DNA of 31,954 nt from contig JBGQGY010000030.1 of NCBI GenBank assembly GCA_041497675.1, forward strand, positions 1 through 31,954, in the 5' to 3' direction. Under the pieces are notes generated by a model. The model made no database searches and was not told where the DNA came from. It was given only the letters and a program-made list of their open reading frames with translations. Positions 1 through 8,425 of this stretch are shown here, piece after piece. The translations under genes were made by a program, and so were the position numbers. This stretch comes from a bacterium. Lineage in GTDB: Bacteria; Sysuimicrobiota; Sysuimicrobiia; Sysuimicrobiales; Humicultoraceae. Every line of letters starts with the position of its first letter. Position 1 is the first letter of the stretch.

Positions 1-426
1 AATGTGTTCGAGGTGCGGCAGCTGCGATCGGATCGTGAGGATCTTGTCGAGCTGCTCCTCGCCTTCGACGATGAAGACGCGGCAGGCGGCGTTATCGAGC
101 ACATAGTGGATCTGCTCGGGGCTGCAGGTCGTGTAGATGCCCGTCGTGGCGGCGCCGGTGGCCTGGATGCCCAGGTCGGCGAACGCCCACTCGGGCCGGT
201 TCTCACCAATCAGCCCGACCCGCTCGCCGCGCTGCACCCCCAGCGCCAGCAAGCCGCTAGCCACGGCCCGGACGTGTCCGGCGTATTCGTGCCAGGTGAT
301 CCGGTGCCAGATCCCGTATCGCTTACGCCGCAGGGCGACGTGGTTCGCCCGCCGCTCGGCCTGCGCGAAGAAGAGGCCCGGAACGGTGTCTGTGCGGGTC
401 GCCGGACGAGAAATGGTGAGCACCAT
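1..426 (-). CDS. Long-chain acyl-CoA synthetase (AMP-binding family), N-terminal 142 codons, runs off the window edge
   Basis: Not in the ORF track. Manual translation from ATG at 426 gives MVLTISRPATRTDTVPGLFFAQAERRANHVALRRKRYGIWHRITWHEY...LGVQRGERVGLIGENRPEWAFADLGIQATGAATTGIYTT..., a typical FadD15/ACSBG-like N-terminus. AGGGG RBS just upstream. The + strand ORF 4..897 is its antisense shadow. Confidence 0.9.
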   Translation of the reverse strand, partial: MVLTISRPATRTDTVPGLFFAQAERRANHVALRRKRYGIWHRITWHEYAGHVRAVASGLLALGVQRGERVGLIGENRPEWAFADLGIQATGAATTGIYTTCSPEQIHYVLDNAACRVFIVEGEEQLDKILTIRSQLPHLEHI

Positions 427-542
427 GCCCCTAAACGTACTATGCCCGTTCCCCGCTTCCTGCCGGAGACGGCGGAAGGGCACCCGGGCGGGGCGCAGAA
501 CACACTGCCGCTGACCACAACCCACCGAAGGGAGCGCCACAC

Positions 543-1028
543 GTGCCGACCGCGCGCGATCCATTTGCCGATGCCCTGGCGGTGTTCGTGCAGGACACCG
601 CGGGCCGGAGGAACTGGGGGAACATCGGCCTGGCTGAAATCCTCAAGAACGTGCGTGTCGATGAGGCGCAGTGGAAACCGGCGCCCGATACCCATTCGGT
701 CTGGGAAGAAGTGCACCACATCAATCACTGGTCGCGATTCGTACTCGATCGTCTCGAAGGACGGGGAAAACCCACCAAGCAGGCCTGGCCGGCTGCACGC
801 GGTGGCGCGGCCGGGTGGCGTCTGGCCGTGGCCCGCACCGCGGCGCTCCACGCGACCCTCGTGCGCCGCGTGGCCTCGCTCGATCAGGACGCGCTGACGG
901 CGAAGCATGCGGCGTCACGGTACGCGATGGCGCAGTTGGTCTTGGGCTGCGTCTCGCACATCGCCTACCACGTCGGGCAGATCACGCTGCTGAGGAGGCT
1001 CTACCGACATGCCGGGCGACCTGTTTGA
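543..1028 (+). CDS. DinB/YfiT-family protein
   Basis: 161 aa; 'HSVWEEVHHINHW' and 'HIAYHVGQI' His motifs of DinB four-helix bundles; GGGAG RBS before the GTG. Confidence 0.85.
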   Translation: MPTARDPFADALAVFVQDTAGRRNWGNIGLAEILKNVRVDEAQWKPAPDTHSVWEEVHHINHWSRFVLDRLEGRGKPTKQAWPAARGGAAGWRLAVARTAALHATLVRRVASLDQDALTAKHAASRYAMAQLVLGCVSHIAYHVGQITLLRRLYRHAGRPV

Positions 1029-1791
1029 ACGCTTGTTCAGCCTGCGCGGGCAGGCGGCCATCGTCACCGGTGGGTCCCGCGGGATCGGGCTGGAGATCGC
1101 GCGGGCGTTGGGCGAAGCCGGCGCAAAGGTCGCCATCGTGGCACGGCGCGCCGAGTGGTTGGAGCCGGCCGCACGCGAGTTGAAGGACGCGGGGATCACG
1201 TGCGCGGCCTTTGCGGCCGATGTCTCGGACGCGGATCAAGTGGTGAAAACCGTCGAAGCCGCGCGGATCGCGATCGGCGACCTGTCGATTCTCGTCAACG
1301 CCGCAGGCCGCACGTGGGGCGCGCCCGCCGAAACCATGCCCGTCCAGCGCTGGCGCGAGGTGATGGAAACCAACGCCACAGGCACCTTCCTCATGTGTCA
1401 GGCGGTGGCGAAGGGCATGATCGCGCGGCGCTACGGCCGCATCCTCAGCATCGCCTCTGTGGCCGGGCTGCGGGCCTCGTCACCCGATATCGCGCCGATC
1501 TCCGCATACGCGGCGAGCAAGGGCGCCATTCTCGCCTTGACCCGCCAGCTGGCCGTCGAGTGGGCTCGGCACGGTATCACGGTCAACGCGCTGGCGCCGG
1601 GGTTCATCCGCACGCGCATGGCCGAGACGGTCATCAATCGGGGCGGGCAGACGCTGATCGATCGCATCCCGATGGGTCGCATCGGCCAAACGGCGGACCT
1701 GCTCGGCCCGACGTTGTGTCTGGTCGCGCCGTCGGGTGGCTACATCACCGGCCAAGTGGTGGTCATCGACGGCGGGATGACGGTGGCGTGA
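1009..1791 (+). CDS. Short-chain dehydrogenase/reductase (gluconate 5-dehydrogenase-like SDR)
   Basis: TGGSRGIG Rossmann motif, VNAAG, catalytic YAASK, VNALAPG, YITGQVVVIDGG; GAGGAGG RBS inside the end of the DinB gene. Confidence 0.93.
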   Translation: MPGDLFERLFSLRGQAAIVTGGSRGIGLEIARALGEAGAKVAIVARRAEWLEPAARELKDAGITCAAFAADVSDADQVVKTVEAARIAIGDLSILVNAAGRTWGAPAETMPVQRWREVMETNATGTFLMCQAVAKGMIARRYGRILSIASVAGLRASSPDIAPISAYAASKGAILALTRQLAVEWARHGITVNALAPGFIRTRMAETVINRGGQTLIDRIPMGRIGQTADLLGPTLCLVAPSGGYITGQVVVIDGGMTVA

Positions 1792-1795
1792 TGTT

Positions 1796-2689
1796 CTAGC
1801 GTTCGAATAGCACGAGCTGCTCGTCGCGCTGCGAGGATTGAACATAACGGGGCTCACGAATGCCCAGGCGGTCCTTGACTTCACTCACGATCCGCAAGAT
1901 GGCCGCTCGATAGTCAGGCGGCGCGTACTTCTTCCCGTAGAGCGTCTTGTAGACTCGCAACAGGTCAGGGTATTGGTCGCGAAGAAACTGGTTGAAGACG
2001 TCTTTGGTCACGTCTCCCAGATGCAGCACGTTGTGCCCGATGAAGTGTGCACCGTGGTAGCGCGCGGCCCGGATGACGGCTTCGATGTGCTTGGGTTGAT
2101 CGGTCAGCCCGGGCAGAATGGGCGCCAGCATCACGCCGGTGCGGATGCCGGCGGCGGCCAGCCGCTCGACCGTCCGTAGGCGCTGCACCGGCGGCGCCAC
2201 CGTTGGCTCGATCTGTCGCGCAAGACGATTGTCGGTGGTGGCCACGCTGATACAGACGGTGACGCCTGCGCGCCGGGCCAGGTCTTGGAGGATATCGAGA
2301 TCGCGGACGATCATCGGGCAGCGGGTGATAATGCTGACCGGGGTATGAAAGTCCCTCAAGGCTTCGAGAATACGGCGGGTGATGCGATAGCGCCCCTCGA
2401 TCGCCTGGTACGGATCGGTGGCGGTGCCCAGCGCCACCATCTCTCGTTTCCAGCTTGGCCGGCTCAGTTCCAGGCGCAGCACGTCCGGCGCGTTGACCTT
2501 GACGAACACTTTGGTGTCCCACTCGTTCACACCGTCTTCGTCTAGGAACCAGTGGGTGCGGCGAGCGTAGCAAAATTTGCAGCCGTGTGAACATCCTCTA
2601 TACGGGTTGATGGACCATCGGAAAGGCATACCCGCGACGCGGTTGAGAACTGACTTGACCTGCATCTCGGGGAACTGACGATCTGACAT
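1796..2689 (-). CDS. Radical SAM protein, Rv2578c / spore-photoproduct-lyase-like family (putative DNA repair)
   Basis: NPYRGCSHGCKFCYAR (CxxxCxxC), 'VKVNAP', 'GTATDPYQAIE', 'APILPGLTD'. Start placed at ATG 2689 (MSDRQFPEMQVKSVLN) because the longer ORF extension runs through the promoter and SOS box. Confidence 0.9.
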   Translation of the reverse strand: MSDRQFPEMQVKSVLNRVAGMPFRWSINPYRGCSHGCKFCYARRTHWFLDEDGVNEWDTKVFVKVNAPDVLRLELSRPSWKREMVALGTATDPYQAIEGRYRITRRILEALRDFHTPVSIITRCPMIVRDLDILQDLARRAGVTVCISVATTDNRLARQIEPTVAPPVQRLRTVERLAAAGIRTGVMLAPILPGLTDQPKHIEAVIRAARYHGAHFIGHNVLHLGDVTKDVFNQFLRDQYPDLLRVYKTLYGKKYAPPDYRAAILRIVSEVKDRLGIREPRYVQSSQRDEQLVLFER

Positions 2690-2724
2690 GAAAGCATGAT
2701 ATACGAACATATGTTCGATATCAA
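2690..2724 (-). promoter_or_regulatory. Sigma70-type promoter, probably leaderless, for the radical SAM gene
   Basis: Minus strand reads TTGATA (2724-2719), 17-nt spacer, TATCAT (2701-2696), GCTTTC, ATG. The -10 element ends 6 nt before the start codon and there is no SD sequence. Confidence 0.75.
2704..2717. promoter_or_regulatory. LexA operator (Gram-positive-type SOS box, GAAC-N4-GTTC)
   Basis: Perfect palindrome CGAACATATGTTCG in the -35/-10 spacer of a putative DNA-repair gene. Confidence 0.88.
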
Positions 2725-2738
2725 CAGGACGCCTGTTG

Positions 2739-2873
2739 CTATTGTGCGCGGCACAGATCCCGCAGAAGACCGACGGCGGCCTCCAGGACGATCTGTTCGG
2801 CCTCTGGTGCCAGGCGGCTCCAGCGGGCCAGCCTGGTCTCATACCCCCCCTCTGCAAATGCCAGCGCGGACAC
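2739..2873 (-). pseudogene. 44-codon C-terminal remnant of a larger protein (resembles the tail of neutral-ceramidase-like hypothetical proteins)
   Basis: Manual translation gives VSALAFAEGGYETRLARWSRLAPEAEQIVLEAAVGLLRDLCRAQ*. It looks protein-like, carries an 'AF.EGGYE...SRL.P' motif, and fills the gap right after the stop at 2875. Confidence 0.5.
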
Positions 2874-2874
2874 G

Positions 2875-3801
2875 CTAGGCCCCGACAGGCGGGACGTCGA
2901 TCGCCGCCATCATCGCGTCCCACCGTTCCAGACAGATGATGCTGGCCTCGAGCCCGCCGGCAGAAAAAGTGCTCCCGCTCGGCATACGCGCGGCCTCCTC
3001 GCTCAGCGCGGCACCGACGCGATAGTGCGTCTCGAGCGAGACAAACCCCGCGTACCGATCATCACGCAGTCGTCGAAAGATCGCCGGGTAGGGAATCTCA
3101 CCGTCGCCCAGGGCCACAGCCTGCGCCGTGTTCGTGCTGGGATCCCGTCGTGTGTCTTTGATGTGCACGTGGACGATGAAGGGTCGCAGCGCCTCGTACC
3201 CATCCGGGTACGGCCGCTCGGCCTCGGTATTGTAGACGGCGTTGCCCGGATCCCACAGTGCGCCGATCGCGGGGTGGTTCAGACGCGCGATGAGCTCGGC
3301 GACATGAGCGCAGGCCGACCCGTACACGCTGGGCTCATTCTCGATGGCCAGCCGGCACCCCGCGTCCCGCACGATGTCCGCGGCCTCACCGAGCCGGTCG
3401 GCGATGTGTGCTACCACCTCGCGCCACGCAAGCGCCCGCCCCGGCAGGTCGGGTGCTCCAGCCGCGCCCGGTCGCCAGAACGTGAACACGCGGGCGAGTG
3501 GCGCGTCGAGTTCCCGGCAAACGTCGAGACAACGTTTGAGGATCTCCAGATGCTCGCGCCCCTGACGGGCGTCGTCCAGCGCGCACTTGAACACCGGCGT
3601 GGCCACCGCGCACACGGCCAGACCCGCGTCGCGGACCATGCTGCGGAGCGCACGGACATCCGCCGCCGTGAGCTCGTGGGGACGCTTCTCCCACACCGAG
3701 CGAATCTCGAGGGCGCGGAGGCCGAACCGCCGCGCCAGCCGGATGCCCTCGGCCGGATCTTGCGCAACTTCATCCGTGACGATCGCGCGCTGGAAGGTCA
3801 C
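2875..3801 (-). CDS. Sugar phosphate isomerase/epimerase (xylose isomerase-like TIM barrel)
   Basis: Start GTG 3801 (MTFQRAIVTDEV) overlaps the upstream stop (GTGA) and has a GAGG RBS. Metal motifs 'AIENEP', 'WDPGN', 'HVHIKD', 'SLETH'. Confidence 0.88.
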   Translation of the reverse strand: MTFQRAIVTDEVAQDPAEGIRLARRFGLRALEIRSVWEKRPHELTAADVRALRSMVRDAGLAVCAVATPVFKCALDDARQGREHLEILKRCLDVCRELDAPLARVFTFWRPGAAGAPDLPGRALAWREVVAHIADRLGEAADIVRDAGCRLAIENEPSVYGSACAHVAELIARLNHPAIGALWDPGNAVYNTEAERPYPDGYEALRPFIVHVHIKDTRRDPSTNTAQAVALGDGEIPYPAIFRRLRDDRYAGFVSLETHYRVGAALSEEAARMPSGSTFSAGGLEASIICLERWDAMMAAIDVPPVGA

Positions 3802-4814
3802 ATCCTCACCGGGCGTCCGCTCTGCGATGACTCGTAGATCGCGAGCACCGTGGCCAGCGCGCGGCGCGCCTCCTCTGCGCTGACAGGCGGCGGCCGCCGT
3901 TCGTTCAGGCTGTTGACGATGGCCTGGTACTGCCAGGCGAACTCGTCGGTGCCGATCGCGGTGGGCACGCTCGATGCGGCGAGGGTCGCGACCATGTGTA
4001 CCGAGCGCTCCGGCTCGCCCTGGATCTCCCACTTTACGATGCGCGTTTCTTCCAGCACGATCGAGCCGCGCTCGCCGTGGAGCGCCAGACGCCGCGGGAA
4101 CCCGGGCGTCACGGACGTCGTGCCGGTCAACGTGGCCAGGCAGCCACCCTCGAGTTCGGCCACGGCCACCGCGGTGTCTTCGACCTCAATCTGCCGCGCC
4201 AGCGTCCGCGCGTAGCCGAACATTGTCTTGGGCGGCCCGGCCAGGTGCAGCAGCAGATCCACGCCGTGGATCCCCTGGTTCATGAGCGCGCCGCCGCCGT
4301 CCATGGCCCAGGTGCCTCGCCACGCCGCGGAGTCATAGTACGCCTGCGAGCGAAAGTACTTCATCGAAAGATCGGCCAGCAGCAGCCGGCCGAGGCGGCC
4401 GTCCGCGATCGCCCGCTTGGTCTCGATCACATCCGGTGCGAACCGTAGTTGGGAGACCACCGCCAGCGCCCTGCCGTTCTGCCTGGCGGCCTCGATCGCC
4501 GCATCGGCCTGATCCAGGGTGATCGCCAACGGTTTCTCGACGACCGCATGCTTCCCGGCGCGGGCCGCGGCGACGGCAATCTCGGCATGCAGGCCGCTCG
4601 GTGTGCAGATAGAGACCGCATCAACGTCCCGGCGCGCCAGAAGCGACGGCAGGTCGGGTTCCCAGGCGATGCTGCGCGCCGCTGCAAACGCCTTCGCCTG
4701 CTCGACGCGACGCGACGCCACGGCCACCAGCACGCCGCCCTCGGCCCGGCGGATCGCCTCGGCGTGCATCGGGGCGATGGTGCCGCACCCGACGATGGCA
4801 AAGCGGATCGCCAT
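3798..4814 (-). CDS. Gfo/Idh/MocA family oxidoreductase
   Basis: IVGCGTIA, 'ICTPSGLH', 'VEKPLA', 'WRGTWAMDGGGALMNQGIHGVD'. Confidence 0.93.
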   Translation of the reverse strand: MAIRFAIVGCGTIAPMHAEAIRRAEGGVLVAVASRRVEQAKAFAAARSIAWEPDLPSLLARRDVDAVSICTPSGLHAEIAVAAARAGKHAVVEKPLAITLDQADAAIEAARQNGRALAVVSQLRFAPDVIETKRAIADGRLGRLLLADLSMKYFRSQAYYDSAAWRGTWAMDGGGALMNQGIHGVDLLLHLAGPPKTMFGYARTLARQIEVEDTAVAVAELEGGCLATLTGTTSVTPGFPRRLALHGERGSIVLEETRIVKWEIQGEPERSVHMVATLAASSVPTAIGTDEFAWQYQAIVNSLNERRPPPVSAEEARRALATVLAIYESSQSGRPVRM

Positions 4815-4930
4815 CTAGCCCTTCATGTTGACCCACACAATTTGGGGATCGGCTTCGCCGCGGCTTCAAGGATTCCTACTGGGAGGAAGCCCGAGGCGCC
4901 CGCTGAAGACGCGAGACCGGGAGGGGTGTC

Positions 4931-5821
4931 ATGAAGATCAACTGCTGTTGGCTCTATGCCATCAACAGGTATGGGTACCCGCCGTCCATGGCCGATACGT
5001 ACAAAGTCCTGGGCGAGATGCGGGCGCTTGGATTCGACGCGGCAGAGCTCGAGGGTGTGCGCGACGAGAACATGCGCGAGGTGTACGCGGCGCGTGCCGA
5101 CCTGAAGCGCCGGTGTGACGATTTGGGTCTCCGCATCATGAACTTCTGCCCGGTCCTGCCCGACCTGGTGAGCCTGGACGCGCCTCGCCGGCGCGCGGCC
5201 CTCGACCTGTTTCGCCTCGCCGTAGACGTCTCGGTGTTCTTCAACACGCCGACCGTGCAGGTCGACAGTTACGCAGCGCCGGTCGAGTTCCTGAAGCATC
5301 GGCCCTACGGTGATGCCGTGGAGTTCAAGCGGCAGTTCGACGTGCGGATCCCCGACGGATTCGCGTGGGACCGTGTGTGGCACACGCTGGTCGAGACGAT
5401 CCGGGCGTGCGTGGCCATCGCCCGTGACGCCGGGCTGCGGCTGTGTCTCGAGCCGCGCGTGGGCGAGCTCGTCAGCAACACCGACGCGCTGCTCCGTTTG
5501 TGCGAGCAGGTCGACGATCCTTCGTTTGGCGCGGTGCTCGACTGCGGCCACCTACACGCGCAGAAGGAGATCCTGCCGCTGTCGGTTGAGAAGCTCGGCT
5601 CGCGGATCTTCTACGTCCACGCCTCCGACAACGACGGCCGGGACAACGAGCACCTCGCGCCGGGGCGTGGCACCGTGGACTGGCAGGCGCTCTTTGCCGG
5701 TTTGCGGCGGCACCAGTTCACCGGGTATGTGGGAGTCGACGTCGGCGGCGTTCCCGATCTCGACGCGCAGTATCGCGAAGGGCTCGCCGTCGTCCGCCGG
5801 CTGGTGGACGGGACGTACTGA
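4931..5821 (+). CDS. Sugar phosphate isomerase/epimerase (TIM barrel)
   Basis: 'CLEPR', 'LDCGH', 'YVHASDNDG...HLAPGRGTVDW'; GGGAGGGG RBS. Confidence 0.88.
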   Translation: MKINCCWLYAINRYGYPPSMADTYKVLGEMRALGFDAAELEGVRDENMREVYAARADLKRRCDDLGLRIMNFCPVLPDLVSLDAPRRRAALDLFRLAVDVSVFFNTPTVQVDSYAAPVEFLKHRPYGDAVEFKRQFDVRIPDGFAWDRVWHTLVETIRACVAIARDAGLRLCLEPRVGELVSNTDALLRLCEQVDDPSFGAVLDCGHLHAQKEILPLSVEKLGSRIFYVHASDNDGRDNEHLAPGRGTVDWQALFAGLRRHQFTGYVGVDVGGVPDLDAQYREGLAVVRRLVDGTY

Positions 5822-5823
5822 TC

Positions 5824-6969
5824 ATGCCGGTCGTGCTGGCCGGACGGGATCCGTGGCGGGGCGCGCCGGTCGAACTGACGCTGGCCGCCGATCGCATCGC
5901 GCAGGTCCGAGACCTGCCCCCCGGCGCGGTGCCTGAAGATGAGTGGCTGCTGCCCGGTCTGGTCGACATCCAGGTGAACGGGGTCGCGGGGATCGACCTC
6001 AACGCGGAAGACGTGACGGTCGAGGGTGTCGCCGCCGTCGTCCACCACCTGCAGCGCGCCGGCGTCACCCGCTTCTGCCCCACCATCTGCACGCAGAGCC
6101 ACAAACGCATGGTGCGGGGGCTCCAGGTGGTGGCGGCGGCCTGCCGCGCTCACCGCGTCGTGGACCGCGCGGTGGCCGGTATCCACGTCGAAGGACCCTT
6201 CATTTCACCAGAGGATGGGCCGCGGGGCGCGCATCCCAGGGAGCACGTGCGCCCGCTTGATTGGGACGAGTTCATACAGTTCCAACGGGCGGCGGACGGC
6301 CGCATCAAGATCCTCACCCTCTCGCCGGAATGGCCCGACGCCGCAGCGTTCATCGGCGAGGTCGTGGCGTCGGGCGTGGTGGCCGCCATTGGGCACACCG
6401 CGGCCTCGCCCGAAGCGATCCGCCACGCGGTCGCGGCGGGGGCGCGGCTCTCGACACACCTGGGGAACGGCGCGCACGCCATGCTGCCGCGCCATCCCAA
6501 TTACATTTGGGAGCAACTCGGCACCGATGCGCTCTCGGCCAGTATCATCGTCGACGGTCATCATCTTCCGCCGCCGGTGGTCAGGACGTTTGTGCGGGCC
6601 AAAGGCATCGAACGGACGATCCTCATCAGCGACGCGGTGGCGCTAGCCGGAATGCCGCCGGGAGACTACGACTGGATCGGGGTCAAGGTCACGCTCTCGC
6701 CGGCCGGCCGCATCAGCCTCAGCGGAACGCCGTACCTGGCGGGCTCGGCGCTCGATCTGGCCTCGGCCATCCCCAGGGTGATCGCCTATGCTGGCGTGGG
6801 GCTCGCCGAGGCGGTGACGATGGCCAGCATCAACCCCGCGCGGCTGCTGGGGATCGAGACCGGCTCGCTGGCTCCCGGTGCGCGCGCTGACCTGGTGGTG
6901 GTGCGGTACGCGCCGGGCGCCGACGCGGCCGACGTGCGCCGTACGGTCGTGGCAGGCGAGACGGTCTGA
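5824..6969 (+). CDS. nagA: N-acetylglucosamine-6-phosphate deacetylase family amidohydrolase
   Basis: PGLVDIQVNG (QxN type as in E. coli NagA), GIHVEGPF, GAH, GHT, THLGN, DGHH, ISDA, LAGS, NPARLLG. Confidence 0.85.
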   Translation: MPVVLAGRDPWRGAPVELTLAADRIAQVRDLPPGAVPEDEWLLPGLVDIQVNGVAGIDLNAEDVTVEGVAAVVHHLQRAGVTRFCPTICTQSHKRMVRGLQVVAAACRAHRVVDRAVAGIHVEGPFISPEDGPRGAHPREHVRPLDWDEFIQFQRAADGRIKILTLSPEWPDAAAFIGEVVASGVVAAIGHTAASPEAIRHAVAAGARLSTHLGNGAHAMLPRHPNYIWEQLGTDALSASIIVDGHHLPPPVVRTFVRAKGIERTILISDAVALAGMPPGDYDWIGVKVTLSPAGRISLSGTPYLAGSALDLASAIPRVIAYAGVGLAEAVTMASINPARLLGIETGSLAPGARADLVVVRYAPGADAADVRRTVVAGETV

Positions 6970-6976
6970 GCAGCAT

Positions 6977-8419
6977 CTACCGAGTCAGCGCCCGGCCTTC
7001 CCGCAGCACGAGCTCGAACAGGAAGTCCAGATCCGACCGCTTCGTCAGGTAATTGACGATGCACGCCCGAAGCACAAAGGCTCCGCGAACCACGGTGCTC
7101 GACAAGAACGCCTCCCCGCTCAACTGGATGCGCTCGAGCAGCAATTTGTTGACTGAGTCAAGTTTCTCCGAATTGCCCCGCAACGCCGGCGGCGCGTACC
7201 GGAAGCACACGATGCTCAACCCCGGCGGCGCCAGCGCCTCCAGGTCCGGCGTGGCCGTGACCCGGTTGTGCAGGTAGCGGGCCAATGCGATCTGCTCCTC
7301 GATCATCTGCGCATACCCGCTCAGCCCGTACTGCTTGAGGGCCATCCAGATCTTCAGCGCGCGAAAGCCCCTGGTCTGCTGCAGCCCGTACTCGCTGAAC
7401 CAGGGTAACCCGCCGACACCCGTCAGGCTGCCGTCGGTGCGCAGGTACGGTGGCACCAGGCTGAAGGCATCACGCATCGCCTGCTCGTCTTTCACCAGCA
7501 CCAGTCCTGCCTCGACGGGGATGCTCAACCACTTGTGCGGATCGAGCGCCACACTGTCCGCCAGGGCCATCGGTGTCAATTCGTCGCGATACTGCCGGGT
7601 GAGAACGGCAGGGGCGCCGTACGCGCCGTCGACGTGGAACCAGAGCCCGTACCGCCGGCAGACTTCGGCAATCTCGGCGAGCGGATCGATGGCGCCGGTA
7701 TTGACCGTGCCGGCGCTGGCGGCCACCGCGAAGGGTTGGTGCCCGGCGGCCAGGTCGCGTGCGATCATTGCCTCCAATTCGTCGACACGCATTCTGAGAT
7801 CGGCATCGATGGCGACCGCTCGAACGTTCGCGCCGCCGATGCCCATTAGTTCGGCGGCCTTGCGCAGGCAGCCATGTCCCTCTTCGGAAAGATAGAACAC
7901 GAGCCGGCGCCGATTCCCCTGCAGACCCTCGCGGCGCACATCGAATCCGGCCTTCGCGTGCCGCGCCACGGCCAGCGCCGTCAGGCTCGCCATGGATCCC
8001 CCACTGACCAACAGACCCATGCTGTCTGCGGGAAACCCCAGCATCTCTTTGAACCAGTTCAGCACCTGCCGTTCGACGTAGATCGCCGCGTGGTTACCGC
8101 CGGCGCAGCTTGGGTTCATCGCCGCGGCAAGGGCTTCGGCCAGCGCGCCGATCACCACCGGGGGCGAGTTCACCCACCCCCAGAACCGCGGATGACCGTT
8201 GCCGAACGGATACGGCGCTACGGTGTCCCTGAACTCCGCCATGATGGCGTCGGCATCCACCCCGGTGACGGGCGCTGGGGTCGAGAGGAACTGGTGGGCC
8301 AGCCCCTCGGGCACCGGACGAAATACCGGCCGGTCCGGCAGGTGTTCGAGATACGCGGCGATCAGATCGATCACCTGATAGCCGACGCGCTTGATCTCCT
8401 CCGCCGTCCACTGATTCAT
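6977..8419 (-). CDS. Group II PLP-dependent decarboxylase (aromatic-L-amino-acid decarboxylase-like)
   Basis: HPRFWGW, SGGSMA, AGTVNTGAIDPL, HVDGAYG, DPHKW (PLP lysine), RGFRALKIW. Confidence 0.92.
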   Translation of the reverse strand: MNQWTAEEIKRVGYQVIDLIAAYLEHLPDRPVFRPVPEGLAHQFLSTPAPVTGVDADAIMAEFRDTVAPYPFGNGHPRFWGWVNSPPVVIGALAEALAAAMNPSCAGGNHAAIYVERQVLNWFKEMLGFPADSMGLLVSGGSMASLTALAVARHAKAGFDVRREGLQGNRRRLVFYLSEEGHGCLRKAAELMGIGGANVRAVAIDADLRMRVDELEAMIARDLAAGHQPFAVAASAGTVNTGAIDPLAEIAEVCRRYGLWFHVDGAYGAPAVLTRQYRDELTPMALADSVALDPHKWLSIPVEAGLVLVKDEQAMRDAFSLVPPYLRTDGSLTGVGGLPWFSEYGLQQTRGFRALKIWMALKQYGLSGYAQMIEEQIALARYLHNRVTATPDLEALAPPGLSIVCFRYAPPALRGNSEKLDSVNKLLLERIQLSGEAFLSSTVVRGAFVLRACIVNYLTKRSDLDFLFELVLREGRALTR

Positions 8420-8425
8420 CTGCGT

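Noticed and set aside
4..897. 297-aa plus-strand ORF
   Set aside because: Antisense shadow of the acyl-CoA synthetase plus an off-frame read through DinB; no family motifs.
2690..2923. N-terminal extension of the radical SAM ORF, including an ATG at 2842 after a G-run
   Set aside because: It runs through the SOS box and promoter and does not look protein-like; another frame explains this DNA better.
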